Shown: positions 48,877-59,082 of the stretch, in pieces
How positions within the stretch are numbered: position 1 is the first letter of the stretch
Layout of the letters: every line of letters starts with the position of its first letter
Origin: Bdellovibrionales bacterium
GTDB lineage: Bacteria; Bdellovibrionota; Bdellovibrionia; Bdellovibrionales; UBA1609
Direction of reading: 5' to 3'
Assembly: GCA_965205945.1 (NCBI GenBank)
Contig: CBDBIB010000001.1
Coordinates: 192,001-256,000, forward strand
Length of the DNA stretch: 64,000 nt
Made by a program: the position numbers and the translations under genes
The notes under the pieces: generated by a model
Told to the model about the DNA's origin: nothing
Seen by the model: the letters and a program-made list of their open reading frames with translations, nothing else
Databases searched by the model: none

Positions 48877-50088
48877 GTGACTAAACTACTCTTATTTTTA
48901 TCAACATTAATCCTCTTTGTGGCCTGTGACAAAAAACAACCTTTAAGCATAGAAAACTATAACAAAAAATGCTTAGAGGCAAAAATCCATGGGCAATTCC
49001 TTGTTGAATATTCAAATGGGACTTATGAGGTTATTTTAGCCTCTTCAAAAAAAGATTTTTTTAATAAAATTTTATCTAAAGAGAATATAGCCTTTTTAGA
49101 AAAGAAAAATTTAAAAATTTTAGATATTGATCTAAACTTTAAAGTTAAAACCTCTGCAACAACTTTTCTGCCAATAAAAAAATTAATAGCTGATATAAAT
49201 TTAGGGCCTCATATGCTAAACGCTCCATACCTTTGGAACCAAGGCTTTTATGGAAAAGGCGTAACCATTGCGCTTATTGATTCAGGCTATGATATTTCAC
49301 ACCCTCTTTTAAAAAATTCAGTACAAGAACGCCCCTTAAAACTTAGAACAGATGAAGATCAAAGTGGTTTTATAAATAATAAAATTGGTTGGGATTTTAT
49401 AAACAATAAACCTTTAACTAAGGACCTTGCAGCCCACGGAACTATTGTTGGCAGTATCATTGCCGCCGACCATACGGACAATTTTCAGTTCAGTATGGCT
49501 CCACAGGCTAAGATTATACCCCTTACAGCATTAAAACCTTTTAATACAACTCAAGTATTAGGTAGTTCAAACTCAGTAATCAATTCCATAGAATATGCTA
49601 TAGCTAAGAAAGTGGATTTAATTAATGCTAGCTGGGCTGGAAATATATGTTCTAAGTTTATTAGAAAAAAAATAAAAAAAGCTACTGATAAGAACATCAT
49701 TTTTGTCACTTCTGCAGGGAACCAAAATATTAATTTAAATCAAAAGCCTATTTTCCCTGCCTCATTTCCATTTTCACTCGTTATTTCAGTAGGAGCTTTA
49801 AATTCTGATTTTTCTAAGCAAGAAGACAGCAATTATGGAGAAGACGTAGATTTCTTTGCCTTAGGCAGCAATGTTATTGCCGCAATGCCCCGTGCTTTTC
49901 TTACTCCCCCTCCTGGCGTATCCGGCACAAGCGTTGCCACCCCTTTTATAACTGGAGGACTTGCCCTTTTAAAAAGTGCCTTTCCTACAGCCCCTCCTAA
50001 GGCTCTTTTAAACGCTTTAAAAAAATCTAACACTGTTAAAAAAATCCCTGATTTAAAGCATGCTTTTCTTCAGCTTAAGGCACGGTAA
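48877..50088 (+). CDS. Subtilisin-like S8 serine protease, lipoprotein
   Basis: IDSG, HGT, SAGN, GTSVATP triad motifs; lipobox FVAC after GTG 48877. Confidence 0.9.
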   Translation: MTKLLLFLSTLILFVACDKKQPLSIENYNKKCLEAKIHGQFLVEYSNGTYEVILASSKKDFFNKILSKENIAFLEKKNLKILDIDLNFKVKTSATTFLPIKKLIADINLGPHMLNAPYLWNQGFYGKGVTIALIDSGYDISHPLLKNSVQERPLKLRTDEDQSGFINNKIGWDFINNKPLTKDLAAHGTIVGSIIAADHTDNFQFSMAPQAKIIPLTALKPFNTTQVLGSSNSVINSIEYAIAKKVDLINASWAGNICSKFIRKKIKKATDKNIIFVTSAGNQNINLNQKPIFPASFPFSLVISVGALNSDFSKQEDSNYGEDVDFFALGSNVIAAMPRAFLTPPPGVSGTSVATPFITGGLALLKSAFPTAPPKALLNALKKSNTVKKIPDLKHAFLQLKAR

Positions 50089-50184
50089 TAACTAGCATAT
50101 TTAATAATTTTTTAATTGAATTCAGCCCTAACCTACAGGTAAGGTTGCTCCTTTTATAACTTATATTACACGGAGAAGAAGTTT

Positions 50185-51483
50185 ATGAAAAATAGAGTTT
50201 ACATTTCTAATTTAAATAAGCACGTTGGTGATAAAGTTTGTTTAAACGGCTGGGTTTATAATATTCGCGCCTCTAGTAAAAAAATTAAATTTTTAGTCTT
50301 AAGAGATGGAACAGGTCTTTGCCAATGCATCTATTTTAAAGGCGAATGTGAGGACAGTTCTTTAGAAAAATTTGGAGATTTAACACAAGAATCCGCCATT
50401 CGTGTTTGGGGTGAAGTTAAAAAAGAACCAAGAAGCCCTGGTGGCTTTGAACTTTCAGCAAGCCGCTTTGAAATTTTATCTAAAGCACACAACTACCCCA
50501 TCACTCCAAAAGAACACGGCACTGATTTTTTAATGAATCACAGACATCTTTGGCTTCGCTCAAAAAAACAACATTCTATTATGCGTATAAGAAGCGAAAT
50601 TATTCGAGCTTCTCGTGAATTCTTTGACATAAGAAATTTCACGCTTTGTGACACACCCCTTTTAACTCCAAATGCCTGTGAGGGAACCTCTACTTTATTT
50701 AAAACAGAGTATTTTGATGGAAACGCTTATTTATCACAAAGTGGCCAACTTTATAATGAAGCAACGGCAATGGCACATGGTAAGGTTTATTGCTTTGGCC
50801 CAACATTTAGGGCTGAAAAATCTAAAACTCGGCGTCATCTTCTAGAGTTTTGGATGATTGAACCTGAAGTTGCCTTTAATGATTTAAATGACAACATGGA
50901 GCTGGCTGAAGAATTTGTAAATCATATTGTACAATCTACTCTTAAAAATTGTGCTTTTGAGTTAGAGGTTTTAAAAAGAGACATAAGAGGCCTTACGAAT
51001 ATAAAAGGAGAGTTTCCACGACTTCACTATAAAGAGGCTTGCAAAATCATATTAAAAGAAAATCCTAATTTTAAAACTGGAGATGATTTTGGCGCTCTTG
51101 ATGAAACCATAATAAGTTCACACTTTAATAAGCCTGTCTTTGTTTATAATTACCCTTCTAAAATCAAAGCTTTTTATATGAAAGAAGACCCTAATGATTC
51201 AAAAGAGAGTTTAAGTTGCGATTTATTAGCAACAGAAGGCTATGGAGAACTTATTGGCGGTGGACAAAGGGAAGATTCTTATGACCGCCTTTTAGCCAAA
51301 ATCAAAGAGCACAACCTAGACCCTACAGATTTTAACTGGTACTTAGATCTTAGAAAATATGGCTCAGTTCCACACTCTGGCTTTGGCATGGGTCTTGAGC
51401 GTTGTGTTTCATGGATTACAGGAATTCATCATGTGCGCGAATCTATCCCCTTTCCAAGATTATATGGACGCAATAAACCGTAA
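50185..51483 (+). CDS. asnS: Asparagine--tRNA ligase
   Basis: [47 protein letters not shown]. Confidence 0.96.
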   Translation: MKNRVYISNLNKHVGDKVCLNGWVYNIRASSKKIKFLVLRDGTGLCQCIYFKGECEDSSLEKFGDLTQESAIRVWGEVKKEPRSPGGFELSASRFEILSKAHNYPITPKEHGTDFLMNHRHLWLRSKKQHSIMRIRSEIIRASREFFDIRNFTLCDTPLLTPNACEGTSTLFKTEYFDGNAYLSQSGQLYNEATAMAHGKVYCFGPTFRAEKSKTRRHLLEFWMIEPEVAFNDLNDNMELAEEFVNHIVQSTLKNCAFELEVLKRDIRGLTNIKGEFPRLHYKEACKIILKENPNFKTGDDFGALDETIISSHFNKPVFVYNYPSKIKAFYMKEDPNDSKESLSCDLLATEGYGELIGGGQREDSYDRLLAKIKEHNLDPTDFNWYLDLRKYGSVPHSGFGMGLERCVSWITGIHHVRESIPFPRLYGRNKP

Positions 51484-51521
51484 TTAAAACTTTTAAAAAA
51501 ATTATTTAAATTGGAGAAAAT

Positions 51522-53078
51522 ATGGAACTCACTCATGAACAACAACTTGAAAAGTTAGATACAAAAAACCAAGCTGCGCTTATGGGAGGTGGAGAAGAAA
51601 AAAATTTAAAACACAAAATTGGTGAGCGCTTAACAGCACGAGAGCGCCTTGGTGTTCTTTTAGACCCTGCCTCTTTTGTTGAACTTGACCGCTTTGTCAC
51701 TCATCGCTGCGCTAATTTTGGAATGGAAAAAAATAAACTTAGTGGTGATGGTGTTGTCACTGGATACGGTCGTATAAATGGAAGACTTGTTTACATCTTT
51801 AGTCAAGATTTTACAATTTTAGGCGGAAGTATGTCTCGTACCACTGCTAATAAAATCATAAAAATTATGGATTTAGCAGCAGAAAATGGAGCACCTATTA
51901 TTGGAATTTCAGATTCAGGTGGCGCTCGTATTCAAGAAGGTGTTGAGGCCCTTGGTGGATATGGCGATATCTTTTTTAGAAACACTCGCTACTCTGGTTT
52001 AATCCCACAAATCTCTGCAATCATGGGACCTTCTGCTGGAGGAGCCGTTTATAGCCCCTCCCTGACTGACTTTACGTTTATGGTAAAAAACACAAGCTAT
52101 ATGTTTGTAACAGGACCCGACGTTATTAAAACTGTAACTCACGAAGAAGTTACAAAAGAAGAGCTTGGTGGCGCTGAAACTCACAATAAAAAATCTGGAG
52201 TGGCACATTTTGCTGCAGAAAATGACAAACATTTATTACTATTAATTCGTGAGCTTTTAAGTTTTATTCCTAGTAATAATCTTGATGATCCACCAAAACT
52301 AAAAACTGATAACCTTCGCACTCATACAAATCAAAGTATTAACGAACTTATTCCAATAAGCTCAAAAAAACCCTATGACATTAAAACTCTTATTAAAAAA
52401 GTTATTGATGACAACTATTTTTTTGAGATTCACCAACACTTTGCTGAAAATATTGTTGTTGGTTTTGCAAGATTTAATGGTCACTCTGTTGGTATCATTG
52501 CAAACCAGCCACAAGTTTTAGCTGGTTGTTTAAACATTAACGCTAGTAGAAAAGCTGCAAGATTCATTAGATTTTGTGATGCCTTTAATATACCTTTAGT
52601 AAATTTTGTTGATGTTCCAGGATTCTTACCCGGAGCAGAGCAGGAGTGGAACGGTATTATTACACACGGAGCAAAACTTGTCTATGCCTACGCTGAAGCT
52701 ACTGTTCCAAAAATCACTATTATCACCAGAAAAGCTTATGGTGGAGCCTACATTGTAATGGCTTCAAAACATATTGGTGCAGATATAAATCTTGCATATC
52801 CTGGAGCAGAGATTGCTGTTATGGGGGCCGAGGGTGCTGTTAACATTATTTTTAGACGAGATATTCTAGAGGCTGATGACCCAGAAACCGCAAAAGCACA
52901 GATTATAACCGACTATGAGGAAAAGTTTAACAACCCTTATGTGGCAGCAGAACTTGGATATATTGATGAAGTAATCGAGCCCTCTATGACAAGAAAAAGA
53001 ATTATTGATTCCATTGAGATGCTTCAAAATAAACGATCAAACTTACCACACAAAAAACATGGTAATTGTCCACTATAA
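51522..53078 (+). CDS. pccB: Acyl-CoA (propionyl-CoA) carboxylase carboxyltransferase subunit
   Basis: [41 protein letters not shown]. Confidence 0.93.
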   Translation: MELTHEQQLEKLDTKNQAALMGGGEEKNLKHKIGERLTARERLGVLLDPASFVELDRFVTHRCANFGMEKNKLSGDGVVTGYGRINGRLVYIFSQDFTILGGSMSRTTANKIIKIMDLAAENGAPIIGISDSGGARIQEGVEALGGYGDIFFRNTRYSGLIPQISAIMGPSAGGAVYSPSLTDFTFMVKNTSYMFVTGPDVIKTVTHEEVTKEELGGAETHNKKSGVAHFAAENDKHLLLLIRELLSFIPSNNLDDPPKLKTDNLRTHTNQSINELIPISSKKPYDIKTLIKKVIDDNYFFEIHQHFAENIVVGFARFNGHSVGIIANQPQVLAGCLNINASRKAARFIRFCDAFNIPLVNFVDVPGFLPGAEQEWNGIITHGAKLVYAYAEATVPKITIITRKAYGGAYIVMASKHIGADINLAYPGAEIAVMGAEGAVNIIFRRDILEADDPETAKAQIITDYEEKFNNPYVAAELGYIDEVIEPSMTRKRIIDSIEMLQNKRSNLPHKKHGNCPL

Positions 53079-53295
53079 AAGATTTTATGAAAAAGCCCTC
53101 TAAACAAAGTTGAAGTTGACTAGCTAGCTTAAAAGCTCAAACTTAAATTGTTAAAAACTAACGAAAAAAAAGTTTAAAATGTTTTATACAGGAATAAAAA
53201 TAAATAGCAAGAAAGTATAGTACCCACAGTAAATGAAAAGAAAAAGGATTGATTAAGAGGGAGAAAATAGCACAAATTCATAGGGGAGATAGACA

Positions 53296-54795
53296 GTGTT
53301 TAAAAAAATATTAGTTGCAAACAGAGGCGAGATCGCATTGCGTATTAATCGTGCTGCTCGTGAGATGGGTGTTGAAACGGTATGTATTTACAGTGCGGTA
53401 GATAGAACAAGCCTTCATGTTCTTTTAGCTGATGAGGCTTATGAAATCGGCCCTGCACCAAGCAAGGATTCATATTTAAAAATTGATAAAATTATTCAAG
53501 TCGCTAAAGCCGCTAAGGCTGAGGCTATTCATCCTGGCTATGGGTTTTTAAGTGAATCTAGTGCTTTTGCAAAAGCTGTAACAGATGCTGGTTTAATCTT
53601 TATTGGTGCTACACAAAAAAATATTGAACAAATGGGGGATAAACTTGCTGCTCGTAAGCTTATGAGAAAAGTTAATGTTCCCATTGTTCCTGGAAGTGAG
53701 GGAGAGGTCACCTCTTTTAAAGAAGCTAAAAAATGGGCCAAAGTAATCGGCTACCCATTAATGATTAAAGCTTCTGCTGGTGGCGGTGGAAAAGGAATTC
53801 GTGTTGTTACAAAAGATGAGGAGTTAGAGCGTAGCTTTAAAGCCGCACAGTCTGAAGGCAGGAACTATTTTAGCAATGACACTGTATTTATGGAAAGGTT
53901 TATTCAAAATCCAAAGCACATTGAAATTCAAATATTTGGAGACTCTCATGGTAATGTGGTTCATCTTTTTGAAAGAGAATGCTCCCTTCAAAGAAGGCAT
54001 CAAAAAATTATAGAAGAAGCTCCAAGTATTTCTATTTCTAATGATATTAGAAAAAAAATGGGTGCAGTGGCTGTAAAAGCTGCAAAATCTATTAATTATC
54101 AAGGCGCTGGCACAATAGAATTTATTTTTGACAACACTACTAAAGATTTCTTTTTTATGGAAATGAACACAAGACTCCAGGTTGAGCACCCTGTAACAGA
54201 AGCTATTACAGGAATAGATCTTGTAAAAGAACAGATTAAAGTAGCTTTCGGTAAGACTCTAAGCTTTAAACAAAAAGATATTCTTTTAAACGGTCATTCT
54301 ATAGAGCTTAGAATAAATGCTGAGGATCCAAAAACCTTCTTACCAAGTGCTGGGAAAATAATAAGTTGTAGAGTGCCCCAAGGGCCTTTTGTAAGATTTG
54401 ATGGCTATATGTATGCAGGCTATGAAGTTCCTATTTATTATGATCCAATGCTTGCAAAACTTATTGTATGGGGGGAAGACCGTAATTCTTGCATTGCAAG
54501 ACTCAAAAGAGCTCTAGTAGAATTCGCCGTAACTGGGATTAAAACCAATACTGTTTTACATAAAAATATTATTGATCATCCTAAATTTCTAAATGGATCT
54601 TATACAACACAGTTTATAGATAAAGAACTTATCACAACAGATAAGAAAACTTTTTTTAAATATGTAAATGATGAGATTTTCCTAATTAGCGCCGCCCTTA
54701 CAGCTTATCAGGAAAATAAAGAAAAAAAGGTTGAAAACACTTCATCCATGGGAAGATGGAGACAAATAATTCGTCAAGAAATTTTAAAGAGGTAA
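53296..54795 (+). CDS. accC: Biotin carboxylase subunit
   Basis: ANRGEIA, HPGYGFLSE, GGGGKG, EMNTRLQVEH, YYDPMLAK. Confidence 0.93.
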   Translation: MFKKILVANRGEIALRINRAAREMGVETVCIYSAVDRTSLHVLLADEAYEIGPAPSKDSYLKIDKIIQVAKAAKAEAIHPGYGFLSESSAFAKAVTDAGLIFIGATQKNIEQMGDKLAARKLMRKVNVPIVPGSEGEVTSFKEAKKWAKVIGYPLMIKASAGGGGKGIRVVTKDEELERSFKAAQSEGRNYFSNDTVFMERFIQNPKHIEIQIFGDSHGNVVHLFERECSLQRRHQKIIEEAPSISISNDIRKKMGAVAVKAAKSINYQGAGTIEFIFDNTTKDFFFMEMNTRLQVEHPVTEAITGIDLVKEQIKVAFGKTLSFKQKDILLNGHSIELRINAEDPKTFLPSAGKIISCRVPQGPFVRFDGYMYAGYEVPIYYDPMLAKLIVWGEDRNSCIARLKRALVEFAVTGIKTNTVLHKNIIDHPKFLNGSYTTQFIDKELITTDKKTFFKYVNDEIFLISAALTAYQENKEKKVENTSSMGRWRQIIRQEILKR

Positions 54796-54797
54796 CC

Positions 54798-55328
54798 ATG
54801 TTTTTTAAAGCAAAAGTAAACAAAACACCCTATGAAGTAACTGTTAAGGAAACTCGTAAAGAGTGGCATATAGCCTTAAAAAAAGACTCCTCTAATAAGT
54901 GGAAAGAGATAATTCTCTTAAAAGAAAACTATCAAATAAAAAACGACTCAGTAAGTTTAATCTATAATAACTCTTCATATATTATAGATGTCAGAGCTCA
55001 AGGAACCGACTATAATATATATGTAAGAGGATCACACAGAAATGTATCTATCCTAGATGACGAACGTATTTTAAGAGACAGTTTAGTGGGTGGGAGATCT
55101 TTAGGTGGACAGGAAAACTTAAAAGCTGGAATGCCTGGCAAGATTGTAAAAATCTTTGTTAAACCTGGAGACAAGGTTAAAGCCGGAGATCCCCTAATAA
55201 TAATGGAAGCCATGAAAATGGAAAATGAAATAAAAGCCTCTGAGGATTCTATTATTGATAGAATTCATATAGCAGAAGGAGTCAATATTGAATCCGGTTC
55301 TCTTTTAATCTCTTTTGGATCCAAGTAA
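54798..55328 (+). CDS. Biotin carboxyl carrier subunit
   Basis: MPGKIV, EAMKMEN biotinylation motif; GAGG RBS before ATG 54798. Confidence 0.92.
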   Translation: MFFKAKVNKTPYEVTVKETRKEWHIALKKDSSNKWKEIILLKENYQIKNDSVSLIYNNSSYIIDVRAQGTDYNIYVRGSHRNVSILDDERILRDSLVGGRSLGGQENLKAGMPGKIVKIFVKPGDKVKAGDPLIIMEAMKMENEIKASEDSIIDRIHIAEGVNIESGSLLISFGSK

Positions 55329-56162
55329 AATCTCATTTAAAAATAATTTAATTTTATTTATACGCTGTTTTTGCCAAGGAGCTGCCGTTACAAGATCCCC
55401 ATGATCCGCCTTATAAAAAAACCTACAGATATTACTCTCATCTTTAACTGCAAAAGGAATCTGGTCTGATAGTAATAAAACCCCATCCCCAGGTCTACCA
55501 TAAATCTTTTTATAAAAATTTCCTAAAAACTTAAACTTAAATGAAAGATTTATACTCTCCTCCTCACTCTGAATAAACACAATCTTGTTTAAAAGATTTT
55601 TTTGTTTCACTACTCCTTTTAATTTTTCTCTTACATGATTAAAGTTAAATGATTCTAAATACATTCTTACATATGGCAAAGAACCAATCACTCTTGCTAA
55701 GCCAAATAAAAACCCTCTCCTCTCTCCTAAAATAATCGTTTTATACAAAGAGGAACCATCTAAAGCTCCTTGAATTAAAAAAGCTTTTTTAAGTTTGATA
55801 TTATTTTCTATAAGGAAATATAAAGTTTCTAAAGCCCCTTTGCTATGGGCAAAAAAAATAACTGCCTTTTTCTTATCTAAAGCTAAGATTTTATCCTTTA
55901 TTTTTAAAGCCCCTTTCTCAAAGGTTTCTCTTGTAGTACTATTAACCCTTAAAATTTGCTCCTTAGGAACACCAGAGTTTAACAAATATCTTCTATACTC
56001 TGTCATATAAAAGGGAATAATCTCATTAAATATCCCTGGAACAATTATATAATTGTAGTTTTTAAGCTCATTTTTAGATAAAAAATTACAGTCTGCTGCC
56101 CCTTGAAAAGGCCATGTTATCAATAATATGGAAAATAGCTTTTTAATCACATTAATTTGCAA
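55305..56162 (-). CDS. Exported alpha/beta hydrolase (lipase-like)
   Basis: IIVPGIF oxyanion motif, AHSKG nucleophile elbow, GDG, DHG. Confidence 0.75.
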   Translation of the reverse strand: MQINVIKKLFSILLITWPFQGAADCNFLSKNELKNYNYIIVPGIFNEIIPFYMTEYRRYLLNSGVPKEQILRVNSTTRETFEKGALKIKDKILALDKKKAVIFFAHSKGALETLYFLIENNIKLKKAFLIQGALDGSSLYKTIILGERRGFLFGLARVIGSLPYVRMYLESFNFNHVREKLKGVVKQKNLLNKIVFIQSEEESINLSFKFKFLGNFYKKIYGRPGDGVLLLSDQIPFAVKDESNICRFFYKADHGDLVTAAPWQKQRINKIKLFLNEILLGSKRD

Positions 56163-57129
56163 GTGTTCTTAAAATAACTGCACTCTCATCGTTTAATACA
56201 TTTACTTTACTCAATTCAAAAAACCTTTTAAAAGTTACAACCCCTTTATCCTGTACAACAATACCTGAAGATTTACCAATTTGTATTGCCCCATAATAGC
56301 CCATTTTAGAAGCTAACGATCGATCTTGGGCCAGTGGCTTTCCCCCTCTTTGAATATGACCTAAAACAACACTCTTACAGTCTATTTTAATATCTTTAAC
56401 AATTCTATTTTTAATCGTTCTTGCCGCAAAGGATTCTTTCCCCTCTTTTTCCAACGCAATAATCAAACTTGAAAGTTTTCCTTTCTGGATACTCTCCTTA
56501 ACTTTACTTAAAGCTGTATCTAAAGAAAACCTCTTTGATAAATCCACAACACATTCTGCACCCGCAGAGATCGCAACTTCATAAGCAAGTTTAGGTGATT
56601 TTCTCCCCATAACCTCCACAACAAAAGTTCGTTGATGAGAACCTGCCGTATCTCTTATGCGGTCAATGGCCTCAACAGCTGTTTCTATAGATGTAGCGTA
56701 ACCAATTGTATTTTCTGAATACTCATAATCATTGTCTATTGTACAAGGCACACCTATTACCTGTATCTCAGGGTACTCTGCCTTAAAAGTTTTAAGCCCC
56801 ATAAAGGTCCCATCCCCCCCTAAACCAACTAAATATTTAATATTTTCTCTTTTTAAAGTATTAAATGCCTTAGCCCGTCCCTCTTCATTTTTAAACTCTT
56901 TACACCGAGAGGTTTTTAGTATTGTTCCTCCTCTATGAATAATATTTGCAACAGACCTTAAGTCTAAAAGTTTAAACTCGGATTCTATAAGCCCTTGATA
57001 ACCCTCAAAAAAACCTAAAACTTTATGTCCTTGGTCAATTGCTGTTCTAGTTACAGCTCGAATAGCTGCATTCATTCCAGGAGCATCCCCACCACTAGTA
57101 AAAATTGCTACTTTGCTCATTTCTGCCAT
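56152..57129 (-). CDS. pfkA: ATP-dependent 6-phosphofructokinase
   Basis: TSGGDAPGMNA, GGDGT, TIDND, VEVMGR, LGHIQRGG. Confidence 0.96.
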   Translation of the reverse strand: MAEMSKVAIFTSGGDAPGMNAAIRAVTRTAIDQGHKVLGFFEGYQGLIESEFKLLDLRSVANIIHRGGTILKTSRCKEFKNEEGRAKAFNTLKRENIKYLVGLGGDGTFMGLKTFKAEYPEIQVIGVPCTIDNDYEYSENTIGYATSIETAVEAIDRIRDTAGSHQRTFVVEVMGRKSPKLAYEVAISAGAECVVDLSKRFSLDTALSKVKESIQKGKLSSLIIALEKEGKESFAARTIKNRIVKDIKIDCKSVVLGHIQRGGKPLAQDRSLASKMGYYGAIQIGKSSGIVVQDKGVVTFKRFFELSKVNVLNDESAVILRTLAN

Positions 57130-57233
57130 GATATTACTTTACACCTTTTTCATAAATTAATCCATAAATTAAAAAGCACCATAGACTTCTCCAATCTAAA
57201 GTGCTTATATACCTTTAACGTAAACAAGAATAC

Positions 57234-57593
57234 TTAATTTTTTGCAGCCAATTCTCTACTAAAGAAAGTCTTTTCTTTTTCATTTAAAGTATAAAAAAGT
57301 CTCATAATTGCATTATCTATTCTTTCTTGAAGCTCTTGATTTTGAATTTTTGAATCGTAGTACGCTTTATAAATATTTGCTAAAATTAATTTTTCAACTC
57401 TTAGACTAATTTTATTATTGTTTAATTCATCTAGCATTAACTCAATTTTTTGACCTAACTCCACCTCTTTAGCAAGAACTGTCCAGCCACTTAAAAGCCC
57501 TAATATTATCATCATCACTATAATTTTTTTCATAAAAATCCCCTTAAACTCACATAGTATATAAAGCAAAATAAATGCCAGCCTAAAAAGCAA
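57234..57593 (-). CDS. Small hypothetical exported protein
   Basis: ORF with signal-like segment; start either TTG 57593 or ATG 57533. Confidence 0.6.
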   Translation of the reverse strand: MLFRLAFILLYILCEFKGIFMKKIIVMMIILGLLSGWTVLAKEVELGQKIELMLDELNNNKISLRVEKLILANIYKAYYDSKIQNQELQERIDNAIMRLFYTLNEKEKTFFSRELAAKN

Positions 57594-57604
57594 GAAAACA
57601 CCTC

Positions 57605-57632
57605 ATATCGTCAGGTTTTTCAACAGTTTTTA
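57605..57632 (-). promoter_or_regulatory. Candidate sigma28 (FliA) promoter
   Basis: TAAA-N16-GACGATAT. Confidence 0.4.
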
Positions 57633-57882
57633 TATATTTAGACAAAGTGTTTTATACCCCTTCTTAAAGCCCTCTTTAAAAAAAATAGGGTAAATAAGAG
57701 GTCATTTTATCTAAACTAAATATTAAACTATTAAAAATAGTCCCCATTTATAAGCTAAAACCTCTTAAATTGCTCTTATATAAGCTTTTTACGCCTAAAA
57801 TCAAATAAATCTTTATTTATAAAAAAAAACTTATATATTTATAAACTTGCTAAAAAAATCGTTAGCCAATAAATAAAAAGAT

Positions 57883-58512
57883 ATGCAAAACTTAAACACT
57901 CTATGCAAAGTACCGGCTTTAAAAAGAGGTGTAAAATGGGAGGAAAGCCTTTTTAAGGCGGTTGCGGATTCTCCTATTTTTTTAGTTAAAAATCAGCCCT
58001 TTCAAGGACCTGATGGATTTTCTTATATGCATATTTCATCTAAACTAGGAATTAAAATTAATAAAAATGATTTTTTTAAATGGTGTTTTAAATTTGGTAT
58101 AGGCCTTGTACTAAACTTACAAGACAAGAAAACTCCAGATTTTGTGTTTAATTACGGCATGGTTTGGAATTTTTTATATAAAGGTACTTTTATAAATACA
58201 GTATCACCGGATTTAAAAGAGTCTAGTGACACCTATGTGCACGAAATTTCTAAAAGCTTTTTACCAAAAGAAGTGAGAAAGAATATCCGAATTTTTTTAA
58301 ATATAAATAAAATTACTAAAGCTCAACTTACTCTAGTCAGTGGAGGCGCTAAAGCCGCATATGAACTATTATGGTATTTTCCTGAGCTTAAAAAACTAGA
58401 AGAAAAAGAACAGATTGCTTTATTAAAAGCTATTTCATGGTTTTTACCTTTAGATTATAGGCTTGCATGGGCTGATGAACTAGAAGAAAAACTGTTATTT
58501 AAAGATCTTTAA
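57883..58512 (+). CDS. Hypothetical protein
   Basis: 209-aa ORF with conserved-looking motifs GPDGFSY, PDFVFNYGMVWNF, WFLPLDY. Confidence 0.75.
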   Translation: MQNLNTLCKVPALKRGVKWEESLFKAVADSPIFLVKNQPFQGPDGFSYMHISSKLGIKINKNDFFKWCFKFGIGLVLNLQDKKTPDFVFNYGMVWNFLYKGTFINTVSPDLKESSDTYVHEISKSFLPKEVRKNIRIFLNINKITKAQLTLVSGGAKAAYELLWYFPELKKLEEKEQIALLKAISWFLPLDYRLAWADELEEKLLFKDL

Positions 58513-58537
58513 TAATACATATTATTTGTTAATAAAA

Positions 58538-58945
58538 TTAATCTAATTCTCCGGCCTGAGGCAATAAATCAATTAAACACTCCCTCCAATATCTTGGAGT
58601 GTCTGAAGAAAAATTTACTAACACTTCAAACATACCTTTTCCTTTATGCCGTGTAAGACTAATAACTCCATCAAGTTCTAACTCCATTTGGTGCATATAA
58701 AGAGAGATAGACATTCCCTTTAAGACGTCTAGAGTAAGATTACCTTTTAAATCATTTGTTAATAAGTCTTTACGAGCTATTAGTAACAAGAAACCGTTAA
58801 TCGATGTGTCTACGATTTGAGCCTTATTGCAAATTTTTTTTAAAGTCTCATTATTAACAATTCGTTCCACATCTAAATGCTGAATATATTTTCTTTGATT
58901 AGATCTACGCTCCATTTTTTCATCCTTTTTTAAAAAATTCCCCAT
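58538..58945 (-). CDS. Single-domain PilZ-like protein
   Basis: RSNQR (RxxxR) and DTSING (DxSxxG); start ATG 58945 or 58915. Confidence 0.7.
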   Translation of the reverse strand: MGNFLKKDEKMERRSNQRKYIQHLDVERIVNNETLKKICNKAQIVDTSINGFLLLIARKDLLTNDLKGNLTLDVLKGMSISLYMHQMELELDGVISLTRHKGKGMFEVLVNFSSDTPRYWRECLIDLLPQAGELD

Positions 58946-58952
58946 ACCTAGG

Positions 58953-58980
58953 CTATCGGTCACATAAGGGTCAATATTTA
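58953..58980 (-). promoter_or_regulatory. Candidate sigma28 (FliA) promoter
   Basis: TAAA-N16-ACCGATAG, 7 nt before ATG 58945. Confidence 0.5.
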
Positions 58981-59082
58981 GCTTTAATATTAACGATCTC
59001 AATTTGACACTATTGATATTTAAAAAAACTAAAAGATTGTAGTAATTTAGAGAGTTTATTATAGTAGCCTTAGAGGGTAAAA

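Noticed and set aside
53079..53295. 217-bp gap between pccB and accC as a small gene or structured RNA
   Set aside because: Multiple stops in the frame I translated, no ORF in the track, and no convincing stem structure.
3258..57237. Short shadow ORFs in the track (e.g. 3258-3494, 4406-4591, 7317-7520, 24099-24335, 24471-24812, 42066-42326, 53824-54189, 57025-57237)
   Set aside because: They lie antisense to or out of frame within well-supported genes and have no recognisable motifs.
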